64,000 bases of DNA from a virus (IMGVR_UViG_3300028454_000499:15135-79134), one strand, 5' to 3'; shown: positions 51,180-61,400, counted from the stretch's first letter. Notes: a model not told the origin generated them from the sequence alone. Translations and numbers: made by a program.

Positions 51180-51551
51180 TTAACACTCAAAGCCTAAAAA
51201 AAGACCTTGCTCCCTCATTGCGCCAAAAATCGCTACCAGCACCGGAACACAAATACTGTTCCCGGCCTGTTTATAAAGCTGACTATCGGACAGCCCATTT
51301 TCACTAAGCATATCCGCATCCTCTTTTCTGAACCCCTGCAAAGCAAAGCACTCACGAGGGGTTAATTTACGAATCCTGCCATTTACCATGATTCCTTCAC
51401 CTCTACCTGCTGATGTTAATGTGTGGGCAATCCCCTTCGCGACCCGTCCTCGATGCCCTGTTTCCGCATGAGGATACGACAAGGCTATGCCATCGTACTC
51501 ATTGGCTACCATGTAGCCACGCTTATCGCCATTGCGGCAATAACAAATCAT
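51180..51551 (-). CDS. Split C5 MTase, C-terminal part (TRD-like + motifs IX-X)
   Basis: RGRVAKGIAHTLTS; RKLTPRECFALQGF; QLYKQAGNSICVPVL. Confidence 0.85.
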   Translation of the reverse strand: MICYCRNGDKRGYMVANEYDGIALSYPHAETGHRGRVAKGIAHTLTSAGRGEGIMVNGRIRKLTPRECFALQGFRKEDADMLSENGLSDSQLYKQAGNSICVPVLVAIFGAMREQGLFLGFEC

Positions 51552-51877
51552 TCTTCGACCTCAACCTTGGGCATATTATTTCCACCGGACCCCGTAGGAA
51601 TCGTTGGCGCAACACCATTCAGACCGTAGACACGTTTGAGGTAATCATGGCCGCTAATGGATGCCAATGTTCCTGCCCGGACTATACCATCGGTAATTCC
51701 CTGTGGACTATCGAAGGAAATAAATCCCTTCAACTTTTCATCAGAGTAATAATATTTCTCCGCTACATCGCGGTCACAAATATCTTTCAAATGAACCTGC
51801 AGCGGCACCGGATTCGGAAAATCAAACTTCATCAGCGGAATGTCCACCGTTTTTCTTGCCCGTTCTACTCTATTCAT
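51548..51877 (-). CDS. Free-standing MTase linker + TRD module D
   Basis: FDFPNPVPL..HLKDICD..V.EKYY; RVYGLNGVAPTIPTGSGGNNMPKV. Confidence 0.75.
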   Translation of the reverse strand: MNRVERARKTVDIPLMKFDFPNPVPLQVHLKDICDRDVAEKYYYSDEKLKGFISFDSPQGITDGIVRAGTLASISGHDYLKRVYGLNGVAPTIPTGSGGNNMPKVEVEE

Positions 51878-52178
51878 AAACCAGCACCATCTTAGGCATC
51901 TTATAATCCGAGGCATTAAGTGCCGGACAAATGGAATCCATGTGCATTACGCTCCCCCACTGATGAATCTTCCCATCAGCCGAGGTCAAAAACAGCGCAA
52001 GATTCGGATTCCTGCTCGGTACGATACGAGAGTACCAATAATCAGCCAATGAATATCTCGCCGGTGCCTTTGCATCGAGCAGATTTCTAAGCCGCACCAC
52101 TATATCTTTGCCCTGCGGAAATTCAAATGCCAACTTAGCAATTTTCAGTCCCGCCATCGCTTTCTCAATCCTGTTCAA
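51870..52178 (-). CDS. Free-standing MTase linker + TRD module C
   Basis: TTG start; FEFPQG..VRLRNLLD; SICPALNASDYKMPKMV. Confidence 0.7.
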   Translation of the reverse strand: MNRIEKAMAGLKIAKLAFEFPQGKDIVVRLRNLLDAKAPARYSLADYWYSRIVPSRNPNLALFLTSADGKIHQWGSVMHMDSICPALNASDYKMPKMVLVYE

Positions 52179-52476
52179 GATACACCATCCTCGCCTGTTT
52201 GTAGTCCGTGGCCGCCAAGCATGGGGCAATAGACCCAACATGACACACTTCGTAATGCTGATGAATTTTCCCATCACTAAGCGTAAGACCAAAGGCAAAA
52301 TTGGGATTCTTCACAGCCTTAATCCGGGAATACCACATATCAGCCATGAAATACTTTACCGCCACTACCTTATCCAGAATATCTCCCAAGCGGATAGTCA
52401 GCGGAATCTTCTGCGGAAAAACAAAGGGAAGTATCGGAACATCAATGCTTTTCCGTGCCCGTTCAAGATTAGTCAT
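52165..52476 (-). CDS. Free-standing MTase linker + TRD module B
   Basis: FVFPQKIPL..RLGDILD.VV..KY; SIAPCLAATDYKQARMV. Confidence 0.75.
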   Translation of the reverse strand: MTNLERARKSIDVPILPFVFPQKIPLTIRLGDILDKVVAVKYFMADMWYSRIKAVKNPNFAFGLTLSDGKIHQHYEVCHVGSIAPCLAATDYKQARMVYLEQD

Positions 52477-52999
52477 CCTCACGCAGCCTTGAAATACAGA
52501 AGATACGCTCACGATTCTGCGGCACTCCATAATCCTTGGCGTTCAACACATCAAAAGTGGATTCATACCCCATTTCATCGAGAGCCGCCAAGTATTCCTG
52601 GAATACCGGCAAGTGCTTCGGCGAAAGCACATTCGGTACATTTTCCCACAGAACAAACTTGGGTTTCTTGACCCTCACAATCTCCACCGTATTCCAAAGC
52701 AGTGATGACCGTGTGCCACTGCCCTTTTCTCCCCCTTCACCTCTGCCGGCCACAGAGAAAGACTGGCAAGGACTGCCATGGAAAACCATATCAAAATCCG
52801 GAAGTTCCTCCGGCACAATCTTCGTAATATCTCCGAGATTCATACTTTCGGGGACATGATGGAGCAGGGAATAACTCTTGGCTGCGTACTTGTCGATTTC
52901 ACAGTATGCCACCAGCTCAAAGGGAATCCCTGCGGTGTCTAGTGCCCTCTCCGGTGCACCAATGCCCGAAAACAGGCTCAATAATCTTAATTTCTTCAA
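52469..52999 (-). CDS. Split C5 MTase, catalytic N-terminal part (motifs I-VIII only)
   Basis: LFSGIGA, EID, GDI, GSPCQ, ENV, QNRERIF, then stop. Confidence 0.9.
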   Translation of the reverse strand: MKKLRLLSLFSGIGAPERALDTAGIPFELVAYCEIDKYAAKSYSLLHHVPESMNLGDITKIVPEELPDFDMVFHGSPCQSFSVAGRGEGGEKGSGTRSSLLWNTVEIVRVKKPKFVLWENVPNVLSPKHLPVFQEYLAALDEMGYESTFDVLNAKDYGVPQNRERIFCISRLREDD

Positions 53000-53295
53000 T
53001 GCTTACTCTCCTTTGGGTAAATAACGATATTGTCCTTCCATACCGTAGTAATCGTATTGGTGAATAACGAACTCCGTGGCTCTATCGTCTGCACATAGCC
53101 ACCCTGTCCATTAGGTCTGCCCCTTATTGCGCCAATGGTAAGCACCGTTGGCCATGGCTTCTTCATTGTAAGTTTCTGATAAAACTCACCGCCAACAAAC
53201 CTATCATCGCTAGGATTATCGTCAAGACAATCCGTTATTGTCTTGGATAATTCCATAGGAGCAGGAAAGACAAAGAAATTACTTCTTCCCACCAT
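52996..53295 (-). CDS. Free-standing MTase linker + TRD module A (upstream of the catalytic part)
   Basis: SD CAGGAG; FVFPAPMEL..TITDCLD; AIRGR...IEPR...TNTITTVWKDNIV. Confidence 0.7.
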   Translation of the reverse strand: MVGRSNFFVFPAPMELSKTITDCLDDNPSDDRFVGGEFYQKLTMKKPWPTVLTIGAIRGRPNGQGGYVQTIEPRSSLFTNTITTVWKDNIVIYPKESKH

Positions 53296-54154
53296 AGTGC
53301 TCCTGCCAGTAAGGACAGAATTCATGGACATCACACCAATCACGGCATTTCCGGTCTGGATACGACTTTGACGTATCCCATCGGTCACGCTTACTGCATA
53401 CCGGCGGAATCTCGTGCTTCTCCAGCGCAGCCATCAACCGGTCATACTTGGCCTTCATATATGCCCTTACCCATGTAAGCGAAATAAAGTTGATAGGAAC
53501 AATATAGCCGGCCTGCGTAATCCCATACTTCTTTGCCGTTGCATCCACGCCACCGCGAACAAACATATTCACGTTGATGCCTTTGACATGAAGCCCATGA
53601 TTTTCCATCAAGTAGCGATAGTAATTAAGCTGAATGGCAATCTCACGAATATCGCGGACACCCCCCGGCTCAAATACCTGCTCCCATTTTTCCTTCCCCT
53701 TGTCCTTGCCACGCGTGACAATCCTGCGCTGCCACTTGGCCTTGAACCCCAGAGCCTTGGAAATACGGAACGCACCAAAGAACTTCCAGTCCCAAAGAAT
53801 CTGATTCTTACAATCGTAAGCATCGAACTGTCCGGAGGTAATGTCATCCTCCAGACGAACCTCTGCCAGCCACCCGTTAGGCTGATTTTCCTCGAAAGCC
53901 TTATGGCTGTTCGTGCCAATCATTGCCGCAATGCCCCCCATGGGGTCAATAGCATAATCATGGACGATTTCAAGGTAAGTCTGACGAGTGGGCTTGATAA
54001 GCTGTGTTACACTCGGCTTACCAAACCAGTGCCTTGTCGATTCCACCGCACTTTTCAGTGCCGGCAGCGACATACACCGCTGGTCACATCCGTTCAAGCA
54101 TTGCTCAAACGGCACTTTTTCTCCGGTCTTACACCGGAAGAACTTAGCAGGCAA
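53279..54154 (-). CDS. PD-(D/E)XK (Cas4-like) exonuclease
   Basis: GTNSH, SGQFDAYD, WDWK, QLNYY, Cys cluster CRDWCDVHEFC. Confidence 0.8.
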   Translation of the reverse strand: MPAKFFRCKTGEKVPFEQCLNGCDQRCMSLPALKSAVESTRHWFGKPSVTQLIKPTRQTYLEIVHDYAIDPMGGIAAMIGTNSHKAFEENQPNGWLAEVRLEDDITSGQFDAYDCKNQILWDWKFFGAFRISKALGFKAKWQRRIVTRGKDKGKEKWEQVFEPGGVRDIREIAIQLNYYRYLMENHGLHVKGINVNMFVRGGVDATAKKYGITQAGYIVPINFISLTWVRAYMKAKYDRLMAALEKHEIPPVCSKRDRWDTSKSYPDRKCRDWCDVHEFCPYWQEHYGGKK

Positions 54155-54335
54155 CTAAGTTCCCAACTCCTTGTGATTCAACATAAATCCTCCTTCGTAC
54201 ACCATTACGCCATTATAACGCTATACTATCATAATGGTGTAACAGTATACCATTATACCGCCGTGCCTTATTGCCCGGCAACATAATATATTCTACATCT
54301 GACAATTTTAATTGTCAAGTGTTAATTCATTTACT

Positions 54336-56324
54336 TCACGAAGAAATTTTTTCCGTAAGCCTCGACTTCTCCGGGTCATAAACCAAATTGAACAACGTAT
54401 CTTCACTGCGGCGTTCACGAGCCTTTACCAGCTTTATCATGGAATCATACTTATACTTCTCACGGTCAATCGGAGAAAGCGTAGAATCGAGAGCCTTACG
54501 CCACAGCAGATAAACGTAATCCCCGGAATCACCAATAGCACCAGAGCCACGCAGATCCTTCTGCTCTGGCTCATGGAATCTGCCCCCCTGCTCCTTGCCC
54601 TGCCCAGACTTATTCAGCTGCGAAAGCAGCACAAATAGTACATTGAGGTCTTTGGCAAAATCCTTGGTCTTTTCCGCTACCACTTCTTCATCGACCAGTG
54701 TATCGCGCCCACGCATCTTCTGAAAATAATCCACGGCAACAATATCAACCGGCGAAAGTCTGGCATTGGTCAGCTTCACATATTCTTCCATCATATCCAA
54801 GGTAAGACCGGGCTTATCAACGATAAACAAATGCTTCTCCAGCTTATCGCTAATCATCGTAATGAGATTCGGATTCATCGCAATATAGCCGGGAACATCA
54901 TACCGACGAATCCCTATGATTTTGGCCACGAGAATCTTCATTATATCTTCCTTGGGCATTTCCAGCGAAAAGAACAGCACGGTTTTCCGCAGCTTGACCA
55001 CCCAATGCAAAATCCATTCGAGCAAAATTTCCGTCTTGCCAGAGTTCGATGCCGCACCAAGGATAACTACATTTTTACGCTTGAATTTCGCTGCCTTATC
55101 AACATTCGGGTATCCCACGCCGAAATATTCCTCGTCCTTTATGGATTCCAAGGCATGAAAAGAATCTATTGCCGAGGCAATGTCCTTCATCCGTTCTTCG
55201 GTGGTATCCTCTTTGATGGAAAGCAGTTCCCGGACAATGCCAATGTCCCGCTGCCACATTTTTGCAAGAAACTCTGCGATGTCCTGGCGAATCATCGGAT
55301 TTTCCACAGTTCGCACGAAATCCACGATATTCTTCTCCTGCACCTCTCTATCATCGGTTTCAGAGATAACCTGCTTGGCCACATAGAAATCAAGGGACAC
55401 ATACTGGCAATCTTTGGCAATATCCCTGCCGGCCACCAGCATATCATTGAAGTCTTTGTATGGGCTTGGGATTTCAGCCACCTTCACGACAATTTTAGGC
55501 GCGTGTTTTTTGAACAAATCCCTTGCCCGCCGAACAAACTTCGATGCTTTACCGTCATTGTCCGGGCAGAGCACCACCTTCCCATTCTCGATGGGCGTAA
55601 GCAAACTCTTGATGTGCTCCACATGATTCTTGGTGACACTGATACCGCAGTAAGCCACGGCACAGTTCCCCTGTTGCACCGCAGACATCGCATCGAATGA
55701 ACCTTCGCATAAGATGATTGTCTTGGTGTCTTTGAGGTGCTTTAATGCCTGGGGCAGACCAAAGAGAAATTCACCTTTAGTAAATAAGCCCTTCACATTC
55801 TTGCTGTTTTTATACTTAGGCTTACCCTCGAAATAACGGTAAAGGAACGCCACTGGTCTGCCCCATTCGTCATACATGGGGATTGTGAGGGCCTTGATTT
55901 TGTCCGAGTACCCCAATCCATAGGATTCGATGGTTTCATCGGTCAGACCACGCTTATGCAGGTATTCGATTACCGCAGGAAGTTTGGCTTTCATCTGCTG
56001 AATCCATGCCGTATTTCGCTCGGTGATACCCAGATGCTGCTTGTATTCATCCGTATCGCTGATGGTCAGCCCAAAGTCATCACACAGGGTATGCACAGCC
56101 TGTTCAAAGCTGCATCCATCCCTGCCCATGACAAAATGGATTATATCGCCACTAGCCTGGCAGGAAAAACAGTAGAACTTATTATCCGGATAAACCACAA
56201 ATGTTGACGGATTTTCCCCGCCATGGATAGGGCAAGCGCATCGGTACGTCCCATCGCTTTGCAATTTAAGGTCTGGGATATACTCAACCAATGACTTGCC
56301 ACGAATTACATCAATGATATTCAA
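54336..56324 (-). CDS. Primase-helicase fusion (CHC2 zinc finger + TOPRIM + DnaB-like helicase)
   Basis: CPIHG..FYCFSC; EGSFD; DNDGK; GAASNSGKT; VDYFQ; LSQLN. Confidence 0.92.
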   Translation of the reverse strand: MNIIDVIRGKSLVEYIPDLKLQSDGTYRCACPIHGGENPSTFVVYPDNKFYCFSCQASGDIIHFVMGRDGCSFEQAVHTLCDDFGLTISDTDEYKQHLGITERNTAWIQQMKAKLPAVIEYLHKRGLTDETIESYGLGYSDKIKALTIPMYDEWGRPVAFLYRYFEGKPKYKNSKNVKGLFTKGEFLFGLPQALKHLKDTKTIILCEGSFDAMSAVQQGNCAVAYCGISVTKNHVEHIKSLLTPIENGKVVLCPDNDGKASKFVRRARDLFKKHAPKIVVKVAEIPSPYKDFNDMLVAGRDIAKDCQYVSLDFYVAKQVISETDDREVQEKNIVDFVRTVENPMIRQDIAEFLAKMWQRDIGIVRELLSIKEDTTEERMKDIASAIDSFHALESIKDEEYFGVGYPNVDKAAKFKRKNVVILGAASNSGKTEILLEWILHWVVKLRKTVLFFSLEMPKEDIMKILVAKIIGIRRYDVPGYIAMNPNLITMISDKLEKHLFIVDKPGLTLDMMEEYVKLTNARLSPVDIVAVDYFQKMRGRDTLVDEEVVAEKTKDFAKDLNVLFVLLSQLNKSGQGKEQGGRFHEPEQKDLRGSGAIGDSGDYVYLLWRKALDSTLSPIDREKYKYDSMIKLVKARERRSEDTLFNLVYDPEKSRLTEKISS

Positions 56325-56591
56325 AATTAACCCCTCTTATACTTATCTTTTAAGCACCAGCAATGCAACGTCCCTGCCAGCGGTTCCAAGATGCGCCCTG
56401 TGGTAAAATCACAAAGACAATACACCGCCTCTCCCAAGACCAAAACCGGCATGAGCAATACTACTTTCCAAGTAACCAAACTATCGTTAATCATCGGTAT
56501 TCCTCCGTTTTCCTTCATTACATACCTGTATACCATTACAACGGTATAACTGTATAACGCTATAACATTGTAATGATACAACGGTGTAATG

Positions 56592-56978
56592 CTATTCGAT
56601 TATTTCCACAGGAATCCACTGGCGGCCAAAGGAAAAACACTGCTCCGTAGTTTCCATGAGCAGGTCAATCCTGTTCTCGTAGCCACCGCCGAACCGGTCC
56701 TGTACCACCCATATTTTCCCATCAATGCGAAGTTTCGTCCCAAAGGGAAGGTCATCTGCCGCGCAGGTGTAAAAAGGCGTTCCCTCTACACCACTGGCCG
56801 TCAGACCATCGCCATTTCCTTCGGCTATCGTGTAGGCCGATACGTTCATGGTTATAACCGTGGGCTTCTTTTCGACCTTCTCTGCTACTGCCGGTGGTAG
56901 TTCCGGCGTAGCATAGATTTCCGTGTTCGATACATGGAATGTCCCCGGTGCTGCCGATGGATTTCCCACGAACAACAT
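56592..56978 (-). CDS. 3D-domain (cell-wall related) protein
   Basis: VSAYT, AADDLPFGTKL, VQDRFGG, RIDL; the true start may lie further upstream. Confidence 0.8.
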   Translation of the reverse strand: MLFVGNPSAAPGTFHVSNTEIYATPELPPAVAEKVEKKPTVITMNVSAYTIAEGNGDGLTASGVEGTPFYTCAADDLPFGTKLRIDGKIWVVQDRFGGGYENRIDLLMETTEQCFSFGRQWIPVEIIE

Positions 56979-57028
56979 TGCTGCTACCGCAGCCGCTATT
57001 TTACAACCGATAATCTCACCGTTCCTTG

Positions 57029-57885
57029 TTATTTCCCAATTCTACCCACTACATAGGAAATCAAGGCAACAATCCCCACTACCTGTGCGCTGAAATATGC
57101 CGTCCCCATAAGCCAATCGAACAACCAAACAGCCCCTGCGGCCAAGGCTACATTGAACAGCACATTCAGTACGAATACAACCACTGCAAGGCCGATAATC
57201 GAAATAGTTTCAATCAAATCCTTCATCTTTACCACCTATCCTTCCTACCACTTATCATTTCCTCGATACGATTTTTCACATCGGACACCAGGTAGGTTAC
57301 GACCCAGCCTGTGAAGCCCACCAAGCCAATACACGCACAGACCGTCACTACCCAACAGAACAAATCCCCTTGTGTCAAAAGAATCGCCGCCTTACTTCTT
57401 GGATTCCTTGCGTTTCTTCTGATGTGCCAGCGTTTCAGCCCTGGCCTTGGCATCGACAATCTTCATCTGCTCCTTGAAGTGATGCGGGGCCACGGCCTTC
57501 TGCTTGCGCTCGTAGTGATGGCTCATGTTAAAACGCTTTGCCAGCTTGATAATGTCCTTCTTCGATACAGTCATCTTTACCATTCCTCCAACAATTTCAG
57601 ATAATCCGTTACCGTAGTTTCCTTGATGACGGTCATCCTCTGCCTCTGATTCCACTCCGGTGCCTTATAAAACAGGTCACGCATGGTAAGTCCCGGATTC
57701 TTCCCGGTGGCCGCCATATACTCGTGAAAAAGGTTCAGCACCGATTCATCTAATTTCTTAAAGAAGTTCCATACCTTGAAAAAGTCCCGTGTGGGTTTAC
57801 CACCGGCAAACGCCTGTTTGCCGATGGTTCCCAGGAACTCCATTGCCAACCGGTGTGGCTTCTTGGATTCTTCCCATGATTTCAT
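57029..57885 (-). other. Several small hypothetical and membrane genes (57029, 57229, 57392, 57577)
   Basis: Coupled short ORFs, two of them hydrophobic. Confidence 0.55.
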
Positions 57886-58194
57886 TGATTAACCCTCTCG
57901 TGTGTAATATAGTAGCAATGTGTTAAAAATAATTGTCACTCACTGCTAAATAATAAGCACCTTCAATACTGCGGCACATACTTGTCATGGATGTCATTAG
58001 AGATATTCTCCACCTGCTCTGCAAGTATATCCATTGCTGCGCCCTGCTGACAATCCGAACTTTCAGCGAGCCCCCGCAAAATCTGTGCGATACCATCCAA
58101 TTTATATACATAATCTTCCAAGTTCAAGTCCTCCAATAATCACCATTTATGCCAAGGGTTCATCCCTGGCATGATACCAGTTACGAATCAACGA

Positions 58195-58794
58195 TTAAAC
58201 AGGGATTTCCTCGTCGGATGCTTCGTCAAACGGATTGCTTTCCTCATGCGGCGTTACGCCGAAAGCATCATAATCGATACCGCCACCGATGTAGCGCACC
58301 AGCTTGTCTACGGCAATCTGTGAGATATAGAGGTTGATACCATTGGCTCTCGCAGAGGACCAGTACGCACTCGGCTGGAAAAGCACACGAATGACAGAAC
58401 CTTCACCGATGGCTACATCTTTATCCAGCGGGCAGCCGTGAACCGTATCGAGCACCGGGATAAACTTCTGCTTTTCCTCGCCAGTCTGACGGTCCGTATA
58501 GAAAGCCGTAGTCTGGAAATTGAACAGCAGAGTACCATCTTCCTGCTCCTTATAGCCGGTGGTAGCATCGCCAGACCACTTCTTGCCCTCGAACTTGGCA
58601 TTAGCCTTGGCAGCTTCCAAAAAATCATCGCAGATTTTCTTCATCTTAGCCTCGTTCTCTTTGTCGAACTTCAAGGACACTTTGTACTTGCGCTTGCCCT
58701 CGTACTCGTCGTAACGAGTATTGATTTTGGGCCATACGGCCTTACCAGCCAGAGATACCATGGGTTTGTCGGTGAGATTAACATTGATGTTCAC
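58195..58794 (-). CDS. ssDNA-binding protein (T7 gp2.5-like)
   Basis: GKAVWPKI, YKVSLKF, GEGSVIRV, acidic C-terminal tail ending in a hydrophobic residue. Confidence 0.75.
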   Translation of the reverse strand: MNINVNLTDKPMVSLAGKAVWPKINTRYDEYEGKRKYKVSLKFDKENEAKMKKICDDFLEAAKANAKFEGKKWSGDATTGYKEQEDGTLLFNFQTTAFYTDRQTGEEKQKFIPVLDTVHGCPLDKDVAIGEGSVIRVLFQPSAYWSSARANGINLYISQIAVDKLVRYIGGGIDYDAFGVTPHEESNPFDEASDEEIPV

Positions 58795-58967
58795 TACACA
58801 TCGCTCCTTTAATTATAGTTAAAACACGTTGATTTTATTTGTCACCATAAGCAGACTGTTGTCAAAAATATTTCACGTTATCCATTAACACTTGTTGATT
58901 TTATTAAACAGCCGTGTTATAATATGGCTAAAAGTTAATATTGCTCCGCTTTCCGGTGACTGTATCC

Positions 58968-58996
58968 AGTATAGCAGTGTCACATTATGTTGTCAA
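58968..58996 (-). promoter_or_regulatory. Near-consensus promoter of the replication operon, divergent from the repressor
   Basis: TTGACA-17 bp-TATACT on the minus strand. Confidence 0.7.
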
Positions 58997-59279
58997 GCGT
59001 TAATTTTAATTAACATCAAATTTTTTTTGTGGTTATTAAAAATGTCACTTTGGCCCCTACCAGAGCAGACATAGAGCAATATAGAAAAAATAAAGTACCA
59101 GAGGTGATTCATACAGTAGATAAGAGAACATATCGGGACAGAGCCACGCCATTACGTTAGGGGGCATAGTAATAAAGAGTAATTACCGTTTGTTGAAAGG
59201 AGGGGCGGTGGTTGCTTGGCAGATGGTTCGACCAAGAATTGATTGTGCTTGTGCACCTCTGCATAGGAGGAAAGGAACC

Positions 59280-59639
59280 ATGAAAACGAAAAACAGAGTT
59301 AAGGAACTTCGGGTGGCCAAGGGTCACGATAGCCAGCGAGAATTCGCTAATTTCATTACGAATACTTTAGGATGCCCTGTATCCTACGCAACGATTAGCA
59401 AATTGGAGAAACAGACTGCTAACCCCACATGGGAAATCGTAGACACTCTAGCTGGATATTTCGGTGTAACCACTGACTATTTAATGGGTAGAACCAATCA
59501 GAACTTAGCGGTAGCAGCTCATACAGACGATAATATAGCAGATGATTTACCCCCCGAAGCCAAAATTGCAGTAGATACATTCTATAACAAAATGAGGGCA
59601 TTATATGGTAAAAACAACGGAACTGGAGAAAATAACTAA
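59280..59639 (+). CDS. XRE-family HTH repressor
   Basis: NRVKELR...SQREFA...ISKLEK...P.WEIVDTLAGYFGVTTDYLMGR. Confidence 0.9.
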   Translation: MKTKNRVKELRVAKGHDSQREFANFITNTLGCPVSYATISKLEKQTANPTWEIVDTLAGYFGVTTDYLMGRTNQNLAVAAHTDDNIADDLPPEAKIAVDTFYNKMRALYGKNNGTGENN

Positions 59640-60105
59640 AGACGAAGGAATCATTATCGGTTACGAGAATTTTCCCGCACCAATCAAAGGAATTTATATT
59701 CGGGACAACAAAATGCCAATAATTGGACTGGATACCAGATTAGACCCAATAGAAAAACGATGTATTCTTGCAGAAGAAATAGGACATCATTTTACATTAT
59801 CAGATGGAATGGATTTAAGAGAAGCTCATAGATATGGTATATTAGAAAAACGTAGATATTATGAAACAAGGGCAAGAGCATACGCCGCACTACTTCTAAT
59901 GCCACAAGACCAATGGCGAAAAGAAATAAATAAAAAAAATGTTACCCTAGAAGGACTAATGAGTACGTTTATGGTAACAAAAGAAATGATATTTTTTAGA
60001 ATAATAATTAGCCAAATGATGGCAAGACAAATAAAAGCAACTAAGAGATATCAAGCAAAACAAAAGAAATTACAAAGAAAAAGACAAGCACAAAAAATAG
60101 CATAA
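59605..60105 (+). CDS. ImmA/IrrE-family metallopeptidase (anti-repressor)
   Basis: KRCILAEEIGHH and E.RARAYAALLLMP; directly downstream of the XRE gene. Confidence 0.85.
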   Translation: MVKTTELEKITKDEGIIIGYENFPAPIKGIYIRDNKMPIIGLDTRLDPIEKRCILAEEIGHHFTLSDGMDLREAHRYGILEKRRYYETRARAYAALLLMPQDQWRKEINKKNVTLEGLMSTFMVTKEMIFFRIIISQMMARQIKATKRYQAKQKKLQRKRQAQKIA

Positions 60106-60148
60106 AAAAAAACCGCAGGGAACATCGCCAACCCTGCGGCTTTTTCTT
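60106..60148. terminator. Bidirectional terminator
   Basis: A8-CCGCAGGG...CCCTGCGG-ctttttc. Confidence 0.75.
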
Positions 60149-60987
60149 ATGAAAATAAGTAAATCACGAAAGAAACACCCATGCAACCAATAACTCCTTG
60201 CCGAACATGAATCCCAAGATAATACCTACTACGCCCGCTACTCTCCAGCCCCCTGCAACTTCCGTAACGCCCAATCTTCAAAGGCTCATAATCTGTAACT
60301 AATTGTGGATATTTTTCTTTGAAATATCTTGTTGACTTATTGGTGTTTTTATGATGGAAACCATAGGAAACGGTGGAGCGGAACAGAGTGCCACCTTAGA
60401 CATTGAAAATACAAAAATCTACTGTAGCACTACAAAAAGGATGTGGAATCCATGAGGTTTCCGGCATCGCTTTCACAATCCAATTAGTCATTACCACTAC
60501 GGCAATGCAGAGGTTTAATAGTGGTCTAAGTACCCCACACTACCACGCCCCTCGGCGCGTTCCTCTGGCCCGGCTTATTTCATCCGTACTCTGGGCAAGG
60601 TAACGAAATATCTTGCCCTTTTAGCCCCCGCAGGCTTCTTAACGCTCCGCAGACAACAAAAAAAGAGCGCATAATGCGCCCTTACCTGTTTCATATACCA
60701 GTATCTTAACCTTCCACGGTCCCAGTATACCGTCTGCCTACGCTTATTATGGGAGTTAGCCTGTTCTTCACCCACTTAGGTCACAGACAGGACATTGAAC
60801 GAATCCCATCTGACCCCGCCGATATTCTGTGCTTCCGCTGGCGATACGGTGGACTCTCTACGAGTTGCCGGGATTATACTGCTCGCGTGCAGTGCGATGG
60901 GTTTCCCCTCGTTTCCCGCAATAAGGACACGGGCAGCCTATGACAGCTTCTTCCTGCCATTGAGGAACACGAAACACTGCCGACAAC

Positions 60988-61096
60988 TTGACAAGCCCTT
61001 TATTTATCTGTATACTAGGCTTATAACTAAAAACTTACATCGCTGTTGTGGCGGTGATAGGACTTGGATGTACGCCAATACTTCCAAGTCTTTTTT
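60988..61096 (+). ncRNA. Promoter plus ~75-nt two-hairpin small RNA (antisense/ctRNA-like)
   Basis: TTGACA-17-TATACT; hairpin CATCGCT-gttgt-GGCGGTG; terminator GACTTGGA..TCCAAGTC-T6; no ORF. Confidence 0.6.
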
Positions 61097-61138
61097 CTAT
61101 GTTCTTTTTCGATTTTCAGTTCAATATCCCCAGAAATC

Positions 61139-61189
61139 TGTGGATAATTCTACGCTCATAATATTACCACAGTTATCCACAATCGTCAA
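61139..61189. promoter_or_regulatory. Two perfect DnaA boxes at a leftward promoter
   Basis: TGTGGATAA 61139-61147 and TTATCCACA 61173-61181; minus-strand TTGACG-17-TAATAT at 61189-61161. Confidence 0.7.
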
Positions 61190-61257
61190 GAAGAAATCCC
61201 CTTATCATTTTCCAGTTATATTATGAATCCCCGAGAATAAAAGGCTCTTATGATATA

Positions 61258-61378
61258 AACGCCATTACACCATTACACCATTATACAGGTATTTCGACAT
61301 TATAACGCTATAATGGCTTGACTGTATAACGTTGTAGCGTTATAATTGTATACAGGTACAGCGTTATAACATTATAAT
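61258..61378. repeat. 8-bp-periodic array (centromere / operator-like) over the parA promoter
   Basis: cgccatta|caccatta|caccatta|tacaggta...; the same units recur at about 9 other sites. Confidence 0.75.
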
Positions 61379-61400
61379 GACATAAAAGGGAGGAATACCA

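Noticed and set aside
51180-53295. Reading the MTase fragments as a decayed pseudogene or intein-split gene
   Set aside because: Each piece has its own start overlapping the previous stop, one module precedes the catalytic part, and there are no intein motifs. Decay is not formally excluded without homologs.
53279-54154. Cas4-like nuclease as a sign of a CRISPR system
   Set aside because: No repeat-spacer array or other cas genes in the window; solo Cas4-like exonucleases are ordinary phage recombination genes.
54281-54300. ACATAATATATTCTA resembling a Firmicutes dif site
   Set aside because: The central spacer is 2 bp short and the outer arms do not match.
60164-60274. 36-aa hydrophobic minus-strand ORF (MGVTEVAGGW...) as a type I toxin
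   Set aside because: TTG start with no SD; cannot be supported from sequence alone.
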